Positions 57,618 to 64,000 of a stretch of 64,000 nt of DNA are shown piece by piece (positions within the stretch are counted from its first letter, which is position 1; each line of letters begins with the position of its first letter). The stretch lies in the IMG/VR virus record IMGVR_UViG_3300042343_001623. One strand, 5' to 3'. The DNA comes from an uncultured virus (IMG/VR IMGVR_UViG_3300042343_001623) (lineage: Duplodnaviria; Heunggongvirae; Uroviricota; Caudoviricetes). The position numbers and the translations under genes are program-made. The notes beneath the pieces were generated by a model. It made no database searches, was not told the DNA's origin, and saw only the letters and a program-made list of their open reading frames with translations.

Positions 57618-60332
57618 ATGAAAGAAGCACCATCACCCGACGTTATTAAGTCCTTTCTTGAGGGAAGTGACCCTGAGGAATACATCGTTTCCGTTGAATT
57701 TGATTTCGTAAACGACTGTATATATAAAATCAAAGAAGTACCTGGTAAGGGTAAAACAATCCAAAGGGACACATTTATTCCCTTCGCTTGGGTTGGAGAT
57801 TTAAGATCTCTGAAGTTCTATAATGGATCCAAAGAACTTCAACAAAAAGCAATTAGTGAACACAAAATTGTTATTGAAAAACTCGAAACCCACGACAACG
57901 ATCGATTGGAGAAGGGGTTGACCTTTATGGTTAAATGTCTCAATGGTTATCGTAGTTTGATTAAATTCTTCCGTGACGGAGGACTTGATCCTTATGGTGA
58001 AAAAGGTAAGGATAAGATTATGATCCTACCACCTGTGGAACAATATCTTATCCAAAGAGAAAAAAGGTTGTTCAAAGGTTTTTCTGAATATAACGAGATC
58101 ACCCGTTTTGTATTTGACTTGGAGACGACCTCTTTGGAACCGAAGGACGGTCGTATCTTTATGATCGGTATGAAAACCAACAAAGGTTATCATCGGGTTA
58201 TTGAATGTCATGACGATGAAACCGAGAAGAATGGTATTATTGAATTCTTCAAGGTAATCAATGAACTCAAACCCTCCATCATTGGATCTTATAATGGATT
58301 CAACTTTGACTGGTTTTGGATCTTTGAAAGGTGCAAGATCTTGGGTTTGGATATTAAGCAAATCTGTATATCCCTTAACCCTGAGAGAAAGATTTCTCAA
58401 AGGGAAAATATGTTGAAACTCGCCAACGAGGTGGAGAAGTATGTCCAAACCTCTATTTGGGGTTATAATGTGATTGATATTATCCATGCGGTAAGAAGAG
58501 CTCAAGCCATCAACTCCGATATTAAATCGGCTGGTCTTAAGTACATCACCAAATATATCGGAGCAAACAAAGAAAATCGTGTGTATATTGATCACACAGA
58601 CATAGGTCCTTTTTATCGTGATAATGAAAACTTTTGGTTAAATGTCCAAAACGGAAATTGGAGAAAAGATAAAGAAGAGTTCAAGGATTTGGATGTTCGG
58701 TTTCCCGGTGTTTACCAAAAGGTGACGGGTATGGAACTTGTGGAGAAATATCTTGACGGTGACTTGGAGGAAACGATGGTTGTGGATGAAGAATATAACC
58801 AAGCATCTTTCCTTCTTGCGTCCATGCTTCCCACCACCTATGAAAGGGTTTCAACGATGGGAACGGCAACTCTGTGGAAGATGCTTATGCTCGCATGGTC
58901 ATATAAATATAAGCTCGCCATTCCTGCAAAAGAAGAAAAAACTAATTTTGTCGGAGGATTGTCTCGACTAATCAAGGTGGGGTATTCTGAAAATGTCTTG
59001 AAACTTGACTTCTCTTCTCTTTATCCTTCCATCCAACTTGTTCATGATGTCTTTCCTGAATGTGATGTGACCAATGCGATGAAGGGGATGCTTAAGTTTT
59101 TCCGTGATGCGAGGATTCAATATAAACAACTCGCCGAAGACCATTATTCCACCAATCCGAAGTTGTCATCACAATATAACAGAAAGCAACTTCCGATTAA
59201 GATCTTTATCAACTCTATGTTCGGTGCATTGTCCGCTCCTCAAGTATTCCATTGGGGTGATATGTATATGGGTGAACAGATCACTTGTACAGGAAGACAA
59301 TACTTGCGTCAGATGATCAAGTTCTTTATGGACAAGGGATTTGACCCCCTCGTTATGGATACTGACGGTGTGAACTTCTCTTCACCACCCGATGTAGAGG
59401 ACTATGAATATATCGGAAAGGGATTGAACTGGAAGGTTGAAAAGGGAAAGGTATATAAGGGAACTGAAGCTCACGTGGCCGAGTATAATGACATCTATAT
59501 GAGGGGAGAGATGGCTTTGGATACCGACGGGGTTTGGCCTTCTTGTATCAATGTGGCGAGAAAGAACTATGCTCTTGTAACGGCAAAAGGAAAAATCAAA
59601 CTTGTGGGGAATACCATTAAGTCAAAGAAACTTCCGATCTATATTGAGGAATTTATTGACAAGGGATTGAGAATGCTTCTCGCCGGTGATGGTGAAGGGT
59701 TTGTTGCATATTACTACGATTATATAGATCAGATTTATAACCGTCAAATCCCTTTGTTAAAAATCGCAAACAGAGCAAAAGTAAAACTGTCTATTGATGA
59801 TTATGTCAAAAGGTGTGGTATGAAAACTACCGCAGGAAATCCGATGTCACGGATGGCTCATATGGAACTTGCTATTAAAGAAAACCTGAAGGTAGATCTT
59901 GGCGATGTGATTTATTATGTAAATAATGGAACCCGCCAATCTCACGGGGATGTTCAAAAGAAAAAAGATGAGTTAATTATCAACTGTTATCGTTTGGATC
60001 CACAAGATATTGAAAATAACCCCGATAAGGTGGGGGAATATAATGTTCCAAGGGCGATTAATACCATCAACAAACGAATTGAACCTCTATTGGTTGTGTT
60101 TGATGAAATTGTTCGTGATAACCTTTTGATTGATAATCCAAAAGATAAGTATGTGTTCACAAAAACACAATGTAAACTTATTAATGGTAAGCCGATCAAG
60201 GAAACCGACCAAGATTCTTTGGATGAGGTTTTGACTATTTCAGATCAGGAACTTGAGTATTGGAGAAAGAGGGGACTTTCACCAAACTATATCTACGAAC
60301 TTGCAGATTTGGAGTTGGTTAATCCCACTTAA
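57618..60332 (+). CDS. polB: family B DNA polymerase
   Basis: Exonuclease FDLETT and YNGFNFDW; motif A DFSSLYPS, motif B KIFINSMFG, motif C MDTDG. Confidence 0.95.
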   Translation: MKEAPSPDVIKSFLEGSDPEEYIVSVEFDFVNDCIYKIKEVPGKGKTIQRDTFIPFAWVGDLRSLKFYNGSKELQQKAISEHKIVIEKLETHDNDRLEKGLTFMVKCLNGYRSLIKFFRDGGLDPYGEKGKDKIMILPPVEQYLIQREKRLFKGFSEYNEITRFVFDLETTSLEPKDGRIFMIGMKTNKGYHRVIECHDDETEKNGIIEFFKVINELKPSIIGSYNGFNFDWFWIFERCKILGLDIKQICISLNPERKISQRENMLKLANEVEKYVQTSIWGYNVIDIIHAVRRAQAINSDIKSAGLKYITKYIGANKENRVYIDHTDIGPFYRDNENFWLNVQNGNWRKDKEEFKDLDVRFPGVYQKVTGMELVEKYLDGDLEETMVVDEEYNQASFLLASMLPTTYERVSTMGTATLWKMLMLAWSYKYKLAIPAKEEKTNFVGGLSRLIKVGYSENVLKLDFSSLYPSIQLVHDVFPECDVTNAMKGMLKFFRDARIQYKQLAEDHYSTNPKLSSQYNRKQLPIKIFINSMFGALSAPQVFHWGDMYMGEQITCTGRQYLRQMIKFFMDKGFDPLVMDTDGVNFSSPPDVEDYEYIGKGLNWKVEKGKVYKGTEAHVAEYNDIYMRGEMALDTDGVWPSCINVARKNYALVTAKGKIKLVGNTIKSKKLPIYIEEFIDKGLRMLLAGDGEGFVAYYYDYIDQIYNRQIPLLKIANRAKVKLSIDDYVKRCGMKTTAGNPMSRMAHMELAIKENLKVDLGDVIYYVNNGTRQSHGDVQKKKDELIINCYRLDPQDIENNPDKVGEYNVPRAINTINKRIEPLLVVFDEIVRDNLLIDNPKDKYVFTKTQCKLINGKPIKETDQDSLDEVLTISDQELEYWRKRGLSPNYIYELADLELVNPT

Positions 60333-60654
60333 TTCCGTCGGAACCCAAGATATACCAGTTTCCACCCATAAATTGGAAATGAACTGCGGTTCCTTTGTTG
60401 ATTTCTAATTCAGAATACTCTTCATCGATCAATCCTTTATCAGGTCTGATGATGGTTTTGGTTAAGGATTTCACAACGATATTATCTGTTGTTGTGGAAT
60501 CCAAAGTCAAAATGCAAGTGTCAACTTTTTTCACCAAAAGAACTCCCTCCCCATTGGTTGAATAATCTTTTTCAGAAATTATTGAAATCTCTGATGTTTT
60601 TACGAATTTTCCGCCGACGAATTTAAAGACGGGTGTAGATTTTAAAATACTCAT
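60319..60654 (-). CDS. hypothetical protein
   Basis: 111-aa beta-rich ORF ending GGNWYILGSDG. Confidence 0.65.
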   Translation of the reverse strand: MSILKSTPVFKFVGGKFVKTSEISIISEKDYSTNGEGVLLVKKVDTCILTLDSTTTDNIVVKSLTKTIIRPDKGLIDEEYSELEINKGTAVHFQFMGGNWYILGSDGIKWD

Positions 60655-60655
60655 A

Positions 60656-61774
60656 TTAAATACTAAAGAATGAATAGGGGAACGCTCTATATTGAAGTGA
60701 TTTATTTAAGTTTTCTGCTTCAAGAGCTTGTCTTTCCATCATTTTATCGGGTCTTAATCTTTCAAGTCTTAAGGTTAACTCTTCTAATAATTTAGATTTT
60801 TCGTCTTTAGCCTCAGTTAAAAGAGAATCGTATTCAAGTTGTAGTTCGGAGTCAGGGGTTTTTAAATTACCACTGAATTTACCTCTTACCCTACCTAAAG
60901 TTTCTTTTACATAAGCTACGAACCATCTTCTCACCCAAGTTTTGGAAGGAGTGTTAAGTTCATCCCAAGCGACAACATCAATCGGAATATCTGATGGTAG
61001 TTTTACGATGTCTGGATTGTTGGATAAACAAGCGTCTCTGTCCTTATTGTGTGTATCATAATACCAATACCAAACTCTATATTGGTTTCTTTGAATATTT
61101 CCAAAGTCAAAGGTACCACCAGGAACGTTATAGAGGTGTAGGGCTTTCTTTCCGTCAGGAAGTGCAGTTACTCTATAAGTTAATTCTCCACCGATCAATC
61201 TTTGTTTGATATTTCTATCTTGCATTCTCAAAAGAATATCGAAAGAAGGCATCAAGAAATAGTTTCCTTGAACACCAAACTGAGCGTATCCTGCCGGTCC
61301 ACCAAGACCCATACCACCGAATCCACCGAATCCACCTAAGAATGGATCAATAAATCCTCCGTTTAATTCTGCTACGGTAAACCAAAGTAATTCGTTGATT
61401 TCACGACCTGCGGGTATTTCATATATTTGTTGTCCCGCAACCAAATCTACATAATCTTTTTCTAATACCCAATCTCCACCGGTTTGTAATCCTACAATTT
61501 TGGAGTAAGCGTAAGTGTATTGTGTTGCCCAATCTAAATTTCTTGTAATAAATGCTTTTGTAAGTGATTGTTCATCAAGGTTTAGTCCATAAAGTGATGT
61601 CCACTGTGATTCAATCAACCACTCATTGATGTATTGAGAGTAATCCTGAATGGAAAACTCCAATAGAGAGTCCATCTGTTCTTCTTCTATTTCAATACTA
61701 CGGAGGGGAGCCCCGAGCAAGTGAAGAACTCTTTTGTATAAGGTTTCCCTTTCTGATTGACTAATTCCTGCCAT
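60656..61774 (-). CDS. neck/head-completion protein (gp13-like)
   Basis: LLGAPLRSIEI.EEQ N-terminus; W....AYVKETLGRVRGKF....P....L....L..EA..EK..L C-terminus. Confidence 0.65.
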   Translation of the reverse strand: MAGISQSERETLYKRVLHLLGAPLRSIEIEEEQMDSLLEFSIQDYSQYINEWLIESQWTSLYGLNLDEQSLTKAFITRNLDWATQYTYAYSKIVGLQTGGDWVLEKDYVDLVAGQQIYEIPAGREINELLWFTVAELNGGFIDPFLGGFGGFGGMGLGGPAGYAQFGVQGNYFLMPSFDILLRMQDRNIKQRLIGGELTYRVTALPDGKKALHLYNVPGGTFDFGNIQRNQYRVWYWYYDTHNKDRDACLSNNPDIVKLPSDIPIDVVAWDELNTPSKTWVRRWFVAYVKETLGRVRGKFSGNLKTPDSELQLEYDSLLTEAKDEKSKLLEELTLRLERLRPDKMMERQALEAENLNKSLQYRAFPYSFFSI

Positions 61775-61794
61775 TTATCTTTTTTACATAAATA

Positions 61795-63321
61795 TTATAG
61801 TTCAACCTTATTTTCTTCTGGGAACCTATATTTACCTGTTGAAATATCCATATTGTTGGTTTTGAAGATTAAAACCTCATCTCTTCTTGAAATAAATCCC
61901 ATCAGATCTGTGTTATATTTTTTTACCGCTGCGGTTTTATCTATAACATAATAACCTTCTTCATCAATATGATATCCGTCAAAAGGTTTGATCTGAATGG
62001 ACTTCTTTCCGTCTCCGAAGTCTATATATCCGTCAATTCCATAAAAATCTTCTCTATTTCCAAGACCACTTACAAGTTCAACGGTGACTTTTCCGTTACT
62101 TTTTTCTTCACACACCTTTTTGAATCTATTTTCTGTTGCCTGACCTTTTTCGTGTTGTTTCTTTAAAACATCAAGTATCTTTTCCATCACCCAATCTTGG
62201 GTAATTTCATCTTTGAAGGATTTTAACATCCCCAAAAATCTGTTGAAATTTTTATCAAAGGTTGCGTTGTCCTCAGATTTTAGATTTAAATTATCCCACC
62301 CCTTCTTTTTTGCGATTTTGTTCATCATAAGAACAAGAAAACACATAAGGGTGTAGTTCGTGTTTGCATAACTCAACACGGATCTTCCGGGTTGTTCTAT
62401 ATCATAAAACCCTGACTCAATACCTTGTGATCTATCGGTCTCTTTCCAATTGGAGGAGTACTTGTGTCTAAAAACATCAAAGATAAGTTTGGAGTAGTTC
62501 AACTTTTGGTTTCTTGACAATCTGTTGTAAACCACCATTTTAAATCTTGTTCCTTTACAAGGATCAACCGAGTCTTGTTCAGTCAAAATTCTTGATTCTT
62601 TGATCTGTTCTTTGGGTTCTTCTTTCTTTTCTCTGTTAATTTGGTCGTTGTATAACTTATTTACAAACTCCCAGTTCACTACCTTCCAAAAGTTTTGAAC
62701 ATATTCATCTCTTTTATTTTTGTATTTGAGATAATATGCGTGTTCCCAAAGATCCAACCCAAGAAGTGGATAACCACCATTTTTGATGATATTCATAAGG
62801 GGATTATCTTGGTTGGAGGTGCAGATAATCTTCAAGGTGTTTCTTTTGGTGAGAACAAGCCAACACCACCCTGATCCAAATTTTCTTGTTGCGGTGCTTA
62901 CAAACTTGTTTTTGAAATTTTCATAAGATCCGAAGTCTTTTCTGATCCTTTTCAAAATTTCTCCGTGAATATTCTGTTTTTCGGGTGTTAACATTTTCCA
63001 AAACAAAGCGTGGTTGAAGGCACCCCCTGCGTTATTTCTTACTGTTGTATTATATCTTGATATATTTTTTACAATCTTTTCAAGATCAACATCGTCTTCA
63101 CCTAACTTCTTCAATGCGGAGTTTAGGTTCTTTACATAACCCTTATAATGTTTGTTGTAGTGAACATTCATAGTCTCAGGATCAATAAACTTCCTTAAAG
63201 ATGCGTAACTGTAAGGTAAATTCTCAATCCCAATGGATTTCATTTCTGTTAACAGTGGGTCTTTCTGTTCGGCTAAGATGATTTGGTTTTTTAAAACATC
63301 GGTTTTGGTTTCAATAGACAT
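61795..63321 (-). CDS. sodA: Mn/Fe superoxide dismutase fused to a C-terminal domain
   Basis: LPYSY..L, HYNKHY, GGAFNHALFW, FGSGW, NQD, DLWEHAYY; about 280 extra C-terminal residues. Confidence 0.9.
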   Translation of the reverse strand: MSIETKTDVLKNQIILAEQKDPLLTEMKSIGIENLPYSYASLRKFIDPETMNVHYNKHYKGYVKNLNSALKKLGEDDVDLEKIVKNISRYNTTVRNNAGGAFNHALFWKMLTPEKQNIHGEILKRIRKDFGSYENFKNKFVSTATRKFGSGWCWLVLTKRNTLKIICTSNQDNPLMNIIKNGGYPLLGLDLWEHAYYLKYKNKRDEYVQNFWKVVNWEFVNKLYNDQINREKKEEPKEQIKESRILTEQDSVDPCKGTRFKMVVYNRLSRNQKLNYSKLIFDVFRHKYSSNWKETDRSQGIESGFYDIEQPGRSVLSYANTNYTLMCFLVLMMNKIAKKKGWDNLNLKSEDNATFDKNFNRFLGMLKSFKDEITQDWVMEKILDVLKKQHEKGQATENRFKKVCEEKSNGKVTVELVSGLGNREDFYGIDGYIDFGDGKKSIQIKPFDGYHIDEEGYYVIDKTAAVKKYNTDLMGFISRRDEVLIFKTNNMDISTGKYRFPEENKVEL

Positions 63322-63345
63322 AATGTGATAGTTTCTTAATAAATA

Positions 63346-64000
63346 TTAAGAGAAGTGTTCCGTAATTAAATTTAAGATTTCTTCGGCCACACTTCCGTCA
63401 TCAACATTATCCCCCATAACGGTTTCAAAAATATCTTTTTTCTTGGTTAGAATATCATAAATCGCACCTTCAATCGTATTTTCAAAGATCGGATAATAAA
63501 CGCTGACTTTGTTGTTTTGTCCAATCCTGTAAGCCCTGTCCTCAGCTTGAGAATGATCTGACGGGACAAATGATAGGTCGTTCATTATCACCACCTCGGC
63601 GGCGGTTAAGGTAATACCGACACCGGCAGCTTTTAAATTTCCGATAAAAACTTTAACATTTTCATCGTTTTGAAATTTGTCCACCGCTTCTTGTCTCTTT
63701 GTTTTGGAACAAGATCCATCAAGATAAACACAATCTTTTTTGTAATAATCCACAAACTGATTTAAAGTGTCGGTAAAATTGGTAAAGATAATCACCTTTT
63801 TTTCCTGATCTATTGCCGAGTTTGCAATTTCTATTGTATTTTGTATTTTTTCTTGGGCGATTATCTGTCTGACCTTCATTAATTTGGAGAACTGAAGTGC
63901 CAAAGATTTGGATTCCTCACTATTTCTATACCACTCATAATATTCACCCATCAAACTCTTATATAAGTTGGATTGTAGATTCAAATAGACGGGTGTTCTA
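63346..64000 (-). CDS. SNF2-family helicase, C-terminal part (truncated by the window edge)
   Basis: KVIIFTNF, LDGS, AAGVGITLTAA, QAEDRAYRIGQ, TIE; frame stays open to the window edge. Confidence 0.9.
   Translation of the reverse strand, partial: RTPVYLNLQSNLYKSLMGEYYEWYRNSEESKSLALQFSKLMKVRQIIAQEKIQNTIEIANSAIDQEKKVIIFTNFTDTLNQFVDYYKKDCVYLDGSCSKTKRQEAVDKFQNDENVKVFIGNLKAAGVGITLTAAEVVIMNDLSFVPSDHSQAEDRAYRIGQNNKVSVYYPIFENTIEGAIYDILTKKKDIFETVMGDNVDDGSVAEEILNLITEHFS

Noticed and set aside
5446..60332. Inteins or introns in the terminase, MCP or DNA polymerase
   Set aside because: The ORFs are continuous, with no intein splice motifs or homing endonuclease signatures seen
1..64000. Stop-codon reassignment as seen in some large phages
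   Set aside because: Core genes are full-length in the standard code, and TAG and TGA end genes at natural boundaries
1..64000. tRNA, rRNA or large ncRNA genes
   Set aside because: Intergenic gaps are short and AT-rich, and no cloverleaf was recognised by eye; a covariance search was not possible

Overview
This is a 64-kb segment of a large, AT-rich, T4-like (myovirus-type) jumbo phage genome using the standard genetic code. The host is probably in Bacteroidota, based on a phage bS21, a DUF4494-like gene, a TonB-dependent receptor and a T9SS-sorted protein. Positions 1-17 kb hold the head module (terminase large subunit, portal, prohead protease, scaffold, major capsid protein), with a ribosomal protein bS21 gene on the opposite strand. 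Positions 17-21.7 kb carry a host-like TonB-dependent receptor and T9SS cargo pair with its own sigma70-type promoter and Pho-box-like repeats. The minus-strand block at 22-36.7 kb encodes baseplate-like proteins, a gp55-like sigma factor, three glycosyltransferases, PhoH, dUTPase, an exonuclease and a WYL protein. The most striking region is 36.8-57.5 kb: Cys-rich modular proteins, five of them with mucin-like Thr/Pro repeats, surround an eight-gene glycan cassette. That cassette holds a GT60-like polypeptide GlcNAc transferase, a PLOD-like GT, a GT10 fucosyltransferase, a GT-A enzyme, an HtrL-GT fusion and three methyltransferases, suggesting phage-encoded protein O-glycosylation of virion appendages. 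The window ends with family B DNA polymerase, a neck-like protein, a SOD fused to a nuclease-like domain and a truncated SNF2 helicase. A strand-oriented TATTTAT motif precedes about 17 genes and is a candidate late promoter. All assignments come from motif recognition by eye; no database searches were run.
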